From positions 251,276 through 315,275 of the forward strand of contig DAIDHJ010000001.1 in assembly GCA_027451965.1 (NCBI GenBank): DNA of 64,000 bases, in the 5' to 3' direction. The stretch is from Candidatus Adlerbacteria bacterium (GTDB lineage Bacteria > Patescibacteriota > Minisyncoccia > Phycocordibacterales > SBAW01). Position numbers and translations under genes: made by a program. Positions 27,608 through 36,732 of the stretch are shown here, piece after piece (position 1 is the first letter of the stretch; each line of letters begins with the position of its first letter). A model generated the notes under the pieces. That model saw nothing but the letters and a program-made list of their open reading frames with translations, had not been told where the DNA came from and searched no databases.

Positions 27608-29920
27608 ATGCATCCCACAACGCCACTGCAACAACGATTTCTGTCCGGTGCCCGTATGCTCTATGTGATTGGTCTTGTCCTCGCGTTGATACTCATTATT
27701 CCCACTTCCTGGTTTCCGTTTCAGGTAGCAAAAATTGCAGCACTGACGACCTGTTTAGGGCTGGCGGCGCTTTGCCTCATTGCTGCAGATGGCATGCATC
27801 TATGGCGCAGTAAGGCTACGACAATTGCACTTACCGTCCTATCGTTGCCAGTCGCCTTTCTTATTTCCTGGTATGGATCCATTGACCGTTCGGTCGGTAT
27901 GCTGGGATTGGGAGGACTTGAGATAAGCACGATCTTCTTTACCGCACTGGCATTCCTTACTCTTCTTGGCGCATCACTTTTATTTCGTTCACAGCGCAGC
28001 ACCGCTCTTCTATTTAACGCACTGTTCGGCGCATTCATCCTTGCGGCAATCTTTCAACTGATAGCAGTCATATTTGGCACAAATGCATTGCCATTTCAGA
28101 CATTCACTGATCGCTCCGTAAACTTGATCGGCAAATGGAATGATCTTGGGCTGCTTCTGGGTATTCTGGTGTTGTGGAGTGTTATCAAACTTGAATGGAC
28201 GACACTGTCCCGGCTGCATCGCATCCTGCTTGTTCTCTTACTTCTTACTGTCGGTATACTGCTTGATCTTATTCATTTCCCAGTCGTGTGGGCACTGTTG
28301 TGCGGTTTCAGCGTGCTCTTTATCGCAGCACGATACATACTGCCACATGCCTCACGCTCTATACCATGGTATGCCGGCGCAGTTGCAGTGATTTCTATTC
28401 TCTTTTTAGTCTTTGGCACGCCGCTCAATACAAATCTAAGTAAAATATTCCCGGTTACCTCATTGGAAGTGCGTCCGTCATACCAAGCAACCGCGAATAT
28501 TATCACCGCGGCGCATCCTACTGTCTCACGTGCCCTCATCGGATCGGGTCCCGATACCTTTCGGCAAGAATGGTTCGTCAATCGGCCGGCGGAGGTGAAT
28601 CTTTCACCGTTCTGGAATCTTGATTTCACCGTTGGCTACTCAACACTACTCACTCTGTTTGCGGATGCAGGATTGCTCGGAGCTGCGGCATGGCTGTTGC
28701 CGCTATTCCTTACGTTGCTTTCCTTGTTTCGACTTGTTCGCTCATCTACCCATACGGATCTTGAAAAATTAATTGGCACTACCATAGCAGTTGGGGCAGT
28801 GTACTTATGGATAGCATCATGGTTCTACGTCTTAAGCCAAGACGTAGTGCTCCTTGCGTTTGTATTGACCGGCGTGCTTATCGGTATGGCGTACGGAGAA
28901 ACAGTTGCCACGCGACCTGCTTCACGGCTTGCGCTCTCTGGTATGTGGGTGGGCACGCTGCTTTTCTTCATTGCAACGGTCGGCGTAGCATATGCAGCAG
29001 ACCGGCTCTTTCTGTCAGATGCATATGCAAACCAAGGTCTTGCTGCACTCAGTGCCGGGAATACCCAAAAAGCGCTTGCGGATGCGGCTCGGTCTGCTGC
29101 ATATCAGCGCACGCCAAGCGCATTTGAACTTGCGGCCCAAGCGCATCTTTCCCAGTTGCAAGCTCTTGCCGCTGCATCTTCTACGCAAACGACGGCGCAG
29201 CAAAATGCCTTCATTGCTACAGCGCAACAGGCAATCGGGGAAGCAAAGGAAGCAAGTATGCTGGATCCACAAGACTACCAGCCATATGCGCTTCTTGGAC
29301 AGATATACAGTTTCCTTGCATCACTGAATGTGCAAGGAGCGTATTCCTTAGCACAGAATACATATGCGTTAGCGGCACAAAAAGATCCGACGAATCCGGA
29401 AATACCACTGTTGCAAGCGCAGCTGGCTGGAGCGGCAAATAATATGCAGGAGGTGCAGAACTACTTGCAGCAATCGCTCACCCTCAAACAAAATTTCACA
29501 AACGCTATCTTAACATTGGTGCAGCTTGATATTGCGCAAAAAGACATTAAAAATGCCATTGTCGCAGCGCAAGCAGCCGTACAGAGTGCTCCGAGCGTTC
29601 CTTCAGTATGGTTTGAATTAGGGTTGCTCTATTACAGTGAAGGGGATACTACCGATGCAATTCAACCGCTTGAACAAGCGGTGAAACTGCAGGGTAATTA
29701 CGCGAATGCAGAGTATTTCCTTGGTCTTTCGTATTATGCACAAGGCAAGACCGCGCAAGCGATCCAGCTGTTTAGCAATCTTGCCGCTACTAATCCGGAT
29801 AACCAGGAAGTAGCGCTCATTCTCTCGAACATGCAAGCGGGAAAATCCCCATTCACTTCAGCTAAGCCGCCCATTTCTACGCCTCCGCAGCGCCGTGCGA
29901 CTGCTCCGATTTCAGAGTAA
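27608..29920 (+). CDS. Polytopic membrane protein (O-antigen-ligase/oligosaccharyltransferase-like) with C-terminal TPRs
   Basis: About 12 TMs, LIGSGPDTF loop, TPRs (WFELGLLYY, YANAEYFLGLSY). Confidence 0.8.
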   Translation: MHPTTPLQQRFLSGARMLYVIGLVLALILIIPTSWFPFQVAKIAALTTCLGLAALCLIAADGMHLWRSKATTIALTVLSLPVAFLISWYGSIDRSVGMLGLGGLEISTIFFTALAFLTLLGASLLFRSQRSTALLFNALFGAFILAAIFQLIAVIFGTNALPFQTFTDRSVNLIGKWNDLGLLLGILVLWSVIKLEWTTLSRLHRILLVLLLLTVGILLDLIHFPVVWALLCGFSVLFIAARYILPHASRSIPWYAGAVAVISILFLVFGTPLNTNLSKIFPVTSLEVRPSYQATANIITAAHPTVSRALIGSGPDTFRQEWFVNRPAEVNLSPFWNLDFTVGYSTLLTLFADAGLLGAAAWLLPLFLTLLSLFRLVRSSTHTDLEKLIGTTIAVGAVYLWIASWFYVLSQDVVLLAFVLTGVLIGMAYGETVATRPASRLALSGMWVGTLLFFIATVGVAYAADRLFLSDAYANQGLAALSAGNTQKALADAARSAAYQRTPSAFELAAQAHLSQLQALAAASSTQTTAQQNAFIATAQQAIGEAKEASMLDPQDYQPYALLGQIYSFLASLNVQGAYSLAQNTYALAAQKDPTNPEIPLLQAQLAGAANNMQEVQNYLQQSLTLKQNFTNAILTLVQLDIAQKDIKNAIVAAQAAVQSAPSVPSVWFELGLLYYSEGDTTDAIQPLEQAVKLQGNYANAEYFLGLSYYAQGKTAQAIQLFSNLAATNPDNQEVALILSNMQAGKSPFTSAKPPISTPPQRRATAPISE

Positions 29921-29929
29921 GATACGCAC

Positions 29930-31597
29930 ATGAGAGTTCCTTTTTTCGGAGCGATTAACCGTGAGGTACGCGGCATGCACCAAGCGGCATATGTGCTTGC
30001 CGCACTGGCACTCGGATCCCAACTGTTAGCGCTTTTGCGGGATCGCCTCTTAGCGGCAACATTCGGCGCAAGTCACATTCTTGACCTCTACTATGCAGCA
30101 TTCCGTATCCCGGATTTTTTGTTTGCGACGATAGCATCGCTGTTATCGCTATATGCACTGCTACCGGTGCTTTCTCGGCTGGAAGCCAGCCAACCCGGAC
30201 GCATGATGACTTTTTTGCGGGGAGCGCTTCTTTTCTTTTTCCTCGCAATGGGCGGTATCGCCATTGTGCTCTTTTTTATGACCCCATGGCTTGCTTTGCT
30301 CATCGCACCGGGCATTGCCGGCCCTTCGCTCATACTGCTTATGCGCATTCTTTTGCTTCAGCCGATTCTTTTAGGAGCTTCAAATACTATCGCTTCGTTC
30401 ACACAGTTGCGACACCGGTTCATTCTCTATTCCATCTCTCCGCTGCTGTACAACTTAGGTATTATTTTTGGCGTGCTGATTTTATACCCTCTGTTTGGTA
30501 TTGCCGGATTGGGGTGGGGAGTAGTGTTGGGCGCTTTTTTCCACCTCATGGTGCAGGTGCCGTTTTTCTCGAGCGAATCAGGACAGCCAATGCCTTGGCA
30601 TGACATTGCGCACGCGCTCAAAGAAGTACTCACTTTGTCTGTGCCGCGTACTCTGGCGCTTGCAGCGAACCAAATCACCTTACTGGTCTTGGTAGGACTC
30701 GCCTCGGTATTTGCGGTCGGCTCTATTGCCGTTTTCATGTTTGCCTATAATCTGCAGGCGGTGCCACTGACGCTTATCGGCGTATCGTATTCTGTCGCTG
30801 CATTTCCGACATTGGCACGGCTGCACGCAAATGGTCAGAAGGAGGATTTCATTCGTCATATCGAAACGGCATTACGGCATATTTTTCTATGGTCTATCGT
30901 TGCGACTGTATTTATCATTGTGCTTCGAGCGCAGCTGGTGCGCGTGATTCTCGGCGCAGGAGCATTTGATTGGACCGCTACGCGTCTTACTGCAGCAGCG
31001 CTTGCGCTGTTTATACTGTCGCTACTCGCGCAAAATGCTTCCATGCTTATTGATCGAGTGTATTTTGCGGCCGGGAACACCATCCGTCCGCTCTTGTATG
31101 GCGTTTCGGATGTATTCTTTTCGATCGTTTCCGCATTTCTGTTTATCTTTCTCTTCCATGCGTATCCGCTATTGCAGGAATTTGTGAACGCGTTGCTTCG
31201 TGTCGATGACGTACAAGGAACGATAGTGCTCACGCTTGCCATTGCCTATGCATTCGGCTCCATCATGCAGTTTCTCATCAGTCTTTTCTTTTTTGTGCGC
31301 GACTTCAAAGTACCGCTGCACAGTGTATGGCGCCTTTGTTTTGAGATAGGGTCAGCATCAATTATCGGCTCATCCGTGTCCTACCTCATCTTGGCTTTTA
31401 TCGGTTCTCGGATTAATTTAAATACGACGCTCGGCGTGCTGTGGCAGGGTACTGCCGCGGGTATTGGTGGCCTGATCATCACTCTTGGTATTCTGTGGTT
31501 GCTTGGCAATCCGGAATTACAGGAAGCGGTCATTGCACTGCGCCGCCGCTTCGTCCCCGATACGACCACACTGGAACCGACCGATATTGCAGCCTGA
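29930..31597 (+). CDS. murJ: Lipid II flippase MurJ
   Basis: LLRDRLLAATFGA, YYAAFRIPD, SPLLYNLGII. Confidence 0.92.
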   Translation: MRVPFFGAINREVRGMHQAAYVLAALALGSQLLALLRDRLLAATFGASHILDLYYAAFRIPDFLFATIASLLSLYALLPVLSRLEASQPGRMMTFLRGALLFFFLAMGGIAIVLFFMTPWLALLIAPGIAGPSLILLMRILLLQPILLGASNTIASFTQLRHRFILYSISPLLYNLGIIFGVLILYPLFGIAGLGWGVVLGAFFHLMVQVPFFSSESGQPMPWHDIAHALKEVLTLSVPRTLALAANQITLLVLVGLASVFAVGSIAVFMFAYNLQAVPLTLIGVSYSVAAFPTLARLHANGQKEDFIRHIETALRHIFLWSIVATVFIIVLRAQLVRVILGAGAFDWTATRLTAAALALFILSLLAQNASMLIDRVYFAAGNTIRPLLYGVSDVFFSIVSAFLFIFLFHAYPLLQEFVNALLRVDDVQGTIVLTLAIAYAFGSIMQFLISLFFFVRDFKVPLHSVWRLCFEIGSASIIGSSVSYLILAFIGSRINLNTTLGVLWQGTAAGIGGLIITLGILWLLGNPELQEAVIALRRRFVPDTTTLEPTDIAA

Positions 31598-33372
31598 TGG
31601 AACACATACGCAACTTCAGCATTATTGCCCACATTGATCACGGAAAATCGACGCTTGCCGATCGCTTTTTGGAGTTAACCGGAACTATTGAAAAGCGGAA
31701 AATGCGCGAACAGGTGCTTGATTCCATGGAACTGGAACGGGAACGAGGTATTACGATCAAGATGCAGCCTGTTCATATGCGCTGGAAAGGGTATGAAATG
31801 AACCTCATAGACACTCCCGGCCACATCGATTTCTCCTATGAAGTATCTCGGGCACTTTCAGCGGTAGAAGGAGCAATTTTGCTTGTCGATGCTACACAAG
31901 GGGTGCAAGCGCAAACCCTTACCACGCTACGAAGTGCTCAGCATCTGGGGCTGGTAATCATTCCCGTTATTTCAAAGATTGATTCGCCGCTGGCACAAGT
32001 GGAAGAAACTCGTGCACAGCTTGCCTCGCTACTTGAAGTAGCACCAGAGGAAATACTTTTGTGCTCTGGAAAGACCGGTGAAGGGGTGGATACGGTGCTG
32101 CAAGCGGTGATTGACCGCATTCCGCCACCCTCTACCGCTTCAGGAGGCATGCGCGCGCTCATCTTCGATTTTCAATATTCAGACCACCAGGGAGTCATCG
32201 TGTATATCCGACTGATGAATGGAGTACTGCGCAAGGGAGAGTCTCTTGAATTTGCATTCAGTGGCCACTCCTTTACGGCTCTTGAAGTGGGAACGTTTTC
32301 TCCTGAACCAACGCCTACTGGTAGTCTGGAAACGGGAACCATCGGATACGTCGTTACCGGCATTAAAAGTCCCGGAGTTGCACGCGTCGGAGATACGATT
32401 CGCAAGAAAGGTGCTGCCGATGCACCGTTGCCCGGGTACACCGAACCAAAACCGGTGGTATGGGCGAGTATCTATCCAGAAAGCCAAGATACATTTGTAG
32501 CGTTGCGGCAAGCGCTCTCGCGGTTACGCCTTTCCGATTCAGCGCTTTCTTTTGAGGAGGAATCCTCAGGGATGCTGGGAAGAGGATTTCGGTGCGGACT
32601 GCTTGGCATGCTCCATCTGGAGATTATTACTGAGCGCTTGCGCCGAGAATTCGGACTGTCGCTGGTGGTAACCACGCCGACTATCACCTATGAGATCGAA
32701 CTGCGGGATGGAAAGCGTAAAACAGTCTATTCTCCTTCGCAATTTCCTGAATATGGGGAGATCGTACATGTGTGGGAACCGTTCGTGAGCGCTGAAATCA
32801 TTACGCCAGCAGAATATACCGGCGCAGTATTGCCGTTGTTGTATGCACACGAAGCTTTTGTAGAAAGTACCGAAACGTTTTCAGAAGGACGTATGTCGAT
32901 CCGGCTCGTGATGCCGTTGCGAGAACTAATGCGCAATTTTTTCGACAAACTCAAAAGTGCTACCTCCGGCTATGCATCCATGTCCTACGAACTGCGCGAA
33001 TTGCGTCCGGCAGAAGTGGCAAAGCTCGATATTCTGGTTGCTGATGAAGTGGTTGTTGCGTTTTCTCGTATTATTGCTGCACACCGTGCCTATGAGGAGG
33101 CGGTTGCTGCGGTTGAAAAACTGTATACACTTCTGCCACGCCAGCAATTTGCCACTAAAATACAAGGACGTGCGCTAGGGCGTATTCTTTCCTCAAAAAC
33201 GCTCCCAGCGCTTCGTAAGGATGTGACCGGCTACTTATATGGGGGGGATCGTACCAGAAAAATGAAGCTGTGGGCCAAACAGAAACGCGGAAAAGAAAAA
33301 CTCAAGGAGCGCGGTCGTGTCAATATTCCCGAAGAAGTGTTCTTGAAAATGATCCAATCAGGTACTGATTAG
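31597..33372 (+). CDS. lepA: Elongation factor 4
   Basis: [46 protein letters not shown]; TGATG coupling to murJ. Confidence 0.98.
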   Translation: MEHIRNFSIIAHIDHGKSTLADRFLELTGTIEKRKMREQVLDSMELERERGITIKMQPVHMRWKGYEMNLIDTPGHIDFSYEVSRALSAVEGAILLVDATQGVQAQTLTTLRSAQHLGLVIIPVISKIDSPLAQVEETRAQLASLLEVAPEEILLCSGKTGEGVDTVLQAVIDRIPPPSTASGGMRALIFDFQYSDHQGVIVYIRLMNGVLRKGESLEFAFSGHSFTALEVGTFSPEPTPTGSLETGTIGYVVTGIKSPGVARVGDTIRKKGAADAPLPGYTEPKPVVWASIYPESQDTFVALRQALSRLRLSDSALSFEEESSGMLGRGFRCGLLGMLHLEIITERLRREFGLSLVVTTPTITYEIELRDGKRKTVYSPSQFPEYGEIVHVWEPFVSAEIITPAEYTGAVLPLLYAHEAFVESTETFSEGRMSIRLVMPLRELMRNFFDKLKSATSGYASMSYELRELRPAEVAKLDILVADEVVVAFSRIIAAHRAYEEAVAAVEKLYTLLPRQQFATKIQGRALGRILSSKTLPALRKDVTGYLYGGDRTRKMKLWAKQKRGKEKLKERGRVNIPEEVFLKMIQSGTD

Positions 33373-33473
33373 ATTACCAGGGAGAAGTAGGCAAACACCA
33401 TAGAAACTGCCACCACCACAATAAGGAGTGCCACAAATATACGGGTGTTGCGTTCGCGGTTTTTGCCAAACAT
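33369..33473 (-). CDS. 34-aa single-TM small protein (absent from the ORF track)
   Basis: MFGKNRERNTRIFVALLIVVVAVSMVFAYFSLVI; TATACT-7 nt-ATG. Confidence 0.7.
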   Translation of the reverse strand: MFGKNRERNTRIFVALLIVVVAVSMVFAYFSLVI

Positions 33474-33494
33474 ATCAGGCAGTATACTCAATAC
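33474..33494. promoter_or_regulatory. Bidirectional leaderless promoter (AGTATACT)
   Basis: 21-bp spacer; palindrome at 33481-33488 gives TATACT on both strands. Confidence 0.75.
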
Positions 33495-33887
33495 ATGCAA
33501 GGTTACAAGCGCAAGCAGACCCGTCACGGTTCAATCGTACAGTGGTTGTTGCGCGGTGGCGTAGTACTGGTGCTTCTTGTCCTTTGTATTTTTTCTATAC
33601 GGGCAACATGGGGGATGTATCAAAAGTTTGTCGAGGCGTCGCAAGGTCAGGATCTTGTCCAAGCACAGCTGCATTCTCTGCAAATGCAGGAACAGACCAT
33701 AGGGGCAGCAGTACAGGAACTAAATTCCCGTGAAGGATTTGAAGCGCAGGTACGAGCGCGCTATGGAGTGGTGAAACCCGGAGAAGGGGAGATACAAATC
33801 GTTGCCACAGAGCCTACGGCATCAAGCACCGGAGGATCATCGTATAGTTTCTGGTATCGCCTGTGGCACCCCTTTTCTCTGTGGTAA
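33495..33887 (+). CDS. Septum formation initiator (FtsB/DivIC-like)
   Basis: TM + coiled coil + VRARYGVVKPGE. Confidence 0.85.
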   Translation: MQGYKRKQTRHGSIVQWLLRGGVVLVLLVLCIFSIRATWGMYQKFVEASQGQDLVQAQLHSLQMQEQTIGAAVQELNSREGFEAQVRARYGVVKPGEGEIQIVATEPTASSTGGSSYSFWYRLWHPFSLW

Positions 33888-33903
33888 GATGCGCGTGGCG
33901 CAC

Positions 33904-33974
33904 GCGGGATTCGTTTAGTGGTAGGATGGCTGCTTCCCAAGCAGCAGGCGCGAGTTCGATTCTCGCATCCCGCA
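33904..33974 (+). tRNA. tRNA-Gly(CCC)
   Basis: GCTGC-TT-CCC-AA-GCAGC; cloverleaf. Confidence 0.95.
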
Positions 33975-34034
33975 CCTATATTACTCGTGAGAGGGAGTAT
34001 CGTTGCTCATTCATCTTTTGCACACGCAGATTTG

Positions 34035-34346
34035 CTATAAATATTTTTCTCCATATCGCCGCATGGCGGTAAGGACGGAACGCAATGCTTTTCCTTTTGA
34101 GGTAAGCGCGTATATCTTTCCAGTAGAGATAAAACCGCAGCGTTTGAGCTGACGCAGTTTAAGGGTAAGGGTGCGCGTGCTCATGCCAAGAGAAGTGGTT
34201 AATTCTCCAAATCGCTTCGGACCTTCAAGAAGGTCACGAATAATGAGAAGAGAAGCGCTATCTCCGACCATATCCGCAACTCGTGCAACGGGACAGGGCG
34301 GGCAAAGTGTTTTTCTTTGTTTAGTAGTACGCAGCATAGTCACCAT
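34035..34346 (-). CDS. HxlR-family wHTH regulator
   Basis: CPVAR...GD..SLLIIRDLLEGPKRFGEL, YALTSKG; start may be 34337. Confidence 0.9.
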   Translation of the reverse strand: MVTMLRTTKQRKTLCPPCPVARVADMVGDSASLLIIRDLLEGPKRFGELTTSLGMSTRTLTLKLRQLKRCGFISTGKIYALTSKGKALRSVLTAMRRYGEKYL

Positions 34347-34406
34347 TAGTGTAACATGAATTTATCCACTTTACATTGTAAAGTATGTACGTATACTACT
34401 TGATAT

Positions 34407-34988
34407 ATGAAACCACTTACCATACAGGTCATTATCGGTTCGGTGCGCGTAAATCGCTTTGGAGATAAGGCTGCGCAATGGATTGCGAGTCTTGCACAAG
34501 AAGCGGGTCATACAGTTACAATTGTTGATCTTAAGGATTGGCAATTGCCTGATTACAACGAGAAGGGTTCTCCAACCAGTTTGCAGGGTAAGCTGGAAAA
34601 TCAGCAAGGGATGGCATGGGGAAAGCATATTGCAGCCGCAGATGCCTTTATCATCGTCACCCCAGAGTACAATCATGGATATCCGGCATCGCTTAAAAAC
34701 GCTCTGGACTGGGCATATGCAGAATGGAATAACAAACCAGTCGGTTTTGTAGGATATGGATCAGTAGGAGGCGCGCGTTCTGTGGAACAATTGCGAACGG
34801 TTGCAGCAGAGTTGCAAATGGCCGATGTACGTACTGCGGTACACATCATGCGACCTTGGGAATTACTAACTGATACGGGAGACCTACGGCCAGGCACATT
34901 AGATGCCTATGTTGATAGCGCGAAGGATATGCTCACACAATTGTCTTTGTGGGGAAATGCATTGAAGGTTGCGCGAGAACGTAAATAA
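34407..34988 (+). CDS. NADPH-dependent FMN reductase
   Basis: IIGSVR, TPEYNHGYPASLKNALD, GGARS; divergent from the HxlR gene. Confidence 0.93.
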   Translation: MKPLTIQVIIGSVRVNRFGDKAAQWIASLAQEAGHTVTIVDLKDWQLPDYNEKGSPTSLQGKLENQQGMAWGKHIAAADAFIIVTPEYNHGYPASLKNALDWAYAEWNNKPVGFVGYGSVGGARSVEQLRTVAAELQMADVRTAVHIMRPWELLTDTGDLRPGTLDAYVDSAKDMLTQLSLWGNALKVARERK

Positions 34989-35020
34989 CCTATACTTTAG
35001 AAGAACTAATAAACATATTT

Positions 35021-35263
35021 ATGGCAAAAAAAATCACCATTTACTCAACACCAACTTGTCATTTCTGTCAGATGGCAAAGACATTCTTCGAGGAGAATAA
35101 GCTCGAATATACCTCGTATGACGTAGCAAGCGATGCCGCGAAGCGCACCGAAATGATCAATATGACAGGGCAGCTGGGGGTGCCGGTCATCGTCATTGAC
35201 GGAGAGGTCACTATTGGATTTGACCGTGATAAGCTTGCTTCGCAGTTGGGTGTAGCAGCCTGA
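35021..35263 (+). CDS. Glutaredoxin-like protein (NrdH/YruB type)
   Basis: YSTPTCHFC, GQLGVPVI, IGFD. Confidence 0.93.
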   Translation: MAKKITIYSTPTCHFCQMAKTFFEENKLEYTSYDVASDAAKRTEMINMTGQLGVPVIVIDGEVTIGFDRDKLASQLGVAA

Positions 35264-35322
35264 TTAGCATTTCCGCACTTCTGTTGCATAATCAACACAC
35301 CGGCTCAAAGCCGGTGTTTTTC

Positions 35323-35394
35323 GCCCTCGTAGTTCAATGGATAGAACAGTCCCGTCCTAAGGGATCAATGTGGGTTCGATTCCTGCCGAGGGCA
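35323..35394 (+). tRNA. tRNA-Arg(CCT)
   Basis: GTCCC-GT-CCT-AA-GGGAT; cloverleaf. Confidence 0.93.
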
Positions 35395-35435
35395 TATTCT
35401 CTCAGACCTATAAGTTTGCTATAGTACAACTTTGC

Positions 35436-35511
35436 GCTTGGGTAGCTCAGTTGGTAGAGCATCTCCCTGAAGAGGAGGGGGTCGCCGGTTCGAGCCCGGC
35501 CCCAAGCACCA
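35436..35511 (+). tRNA. tRNA-Phe(GAA)
   Basis: TCTCC-CT-GAA-GA-GGAGG; CCA encoded. Confidence 0.95.
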
Positions 35512-35515
35512 AAGA

Positions 35516-36016
35516 TTAGTTCGACTTTATTTTCAGCTTTGCTTGACGTCCCTTATCGAGTTTGGGAAGGCGGATAACGAGAAGTCCGTGTTTTTCAGTT
35601 GCTTCTGCTTCTTCTATCTCTACTTCTTGCGGTAGGACAATGGTGCGGGCGAATGCACCCCAATACAGTTCTTGGAAAAAGAAATCGCCCGCGGTCGCTT
35701 CCATGTGGCGTTCCCGTTTTCCGCGAATCGTGACCATGTCCCGTGTTATGGAAACATCAAGGTCATCCGGTCGAACGCCGGCGATCATTGCTTTGATTAC
35801 AATATGCGTAGGAGTTTGGTAGACATCAACTGCAAGCTCTCCTTCCGCTTCCACTTCCGGTTCAGTGACTTGCAGGGTACGTTCAGGAGCTGCAAATGCA
35901 GGCGGACGATGACTTACGCTTGAACCGCCGCTTTCTATATCATCAAAAGAGTAGTCGCTTTCCGCGCCACTGCTTCCCGTGAGCCATTCAAAGAGTGATT
36001 TTTTTTCTCGAGCCAT
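35516..36016 (-). CDS. Hsp20/alpha-crystallin protein
   Basis: VDVYQT, IRGKR, ELYWGAFARTIVLP, GLLVIRLPK. Confidence 0.93.
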   Translation of the reverse strand: MAREKKSLFEWLTGSSGAESDYSFDDIESGGSSVSHRPPAFAAPERTLQVTEPEVEAEGELAVDVYQTPTHIVIKAMIAGVRPDDLDVSITRDMVTIRGKRERHMEATAGDFFFQELYWGAFARTIVLPQEVEIEEAEATEKHGLLVIRLPKLDKGRQAKLKIKSN

Positions 36017-36018
36017 AC

Positions 36019-36708
36019 TTAGCAATAATCCCGTTCAGGCAGTTTTATTCGCTCGGTGAACATGAGGAGCGCAATAATACCAATCCAGATGCAGAAAAAG
36101 ACGAAAAACGTTCCGCTGCTGCCTGCTTTGAGTATAAAAAAGTTGAAGTATGCATGCAACAAGATCGCAAGGATAAGTCCGCCCAGTGCCGCTAGTCTGC
36201 GCACAGAAGCAGGTGCGTAATAGGTGAGTCCTAGTGCGATGCCGATGACGCCAGAAGCAAGCGTATGCACTAGCGTAGCACCAATGAAACGTAAATCGCC
36301 GGTTGCTACCGCGCGCAACAGATTGCCATCCATGATGGATGGCATAAGAAATAAGGTATTTTCTACAAATGAAAAGCCCAGTGCGGCGGTTACCAAATAG
36401 ATGAGGCCGGAAAGCGGTTCATCAAACACCGGCAAACGCAGCGCTGCCAGATATGCGGCGCCAAATTTCAATAGTTCTTCTATTGCTGCCCAGGAAAGGT
36501 ACAAACCAAACCCCGTCGCGAACGATTCCGCATACTGTTCGAGAGGAAGGGCGAGTGCTACGGCAAGCATGCCGAGTGCAAACGAATAGAAAATGTAGCG
36601 TTTCGGCTCTGGGTCGCACCGATCTTCAAGCAGCCAGAAGCCAAGCCAGATCCCAGTCGGTGCAATACCGGCAAGAAACGCAATGAGAAAAGCTATCGGT
36701 GCAGTCAT
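36019..36708 (-). CDS. PrsW-family intramembrane protease
   Basis: PEP, IEELLK, GFSFVEN, HT, LHAYFN. Confidence 0.9.
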   Translation of the reverse strand: MTAPIAFLIAFLAGIAPTGIWLGFWLLEDRCDPEPKRYIFYSFALGMLAVALALPLEQYAESFATGFGLYLSWAAIEELLKFGAAYLAALRLPVFDEPLSGLIYLVTAALGFSFVENTLFLMPSIMDGNLLRAVATGDLRFIGATLVHTLASGVIGIALGLTYYAPASVRRLAALGGLILAILLHAYFNFFILKAGSSGTFFVFFCIWIGIIALLMFTERIKLPERDYC

Positions 36709-36732
36709 CCTTCCTGCAGTATACCGCAGTCT

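Noticed and set aside
31595-31597. UGA recoding (code 25)
   Set aside because: TGA ends murJ, panD, the glutaredoxin and infB at expected lengths, and conserved genes have no in-frame TGA
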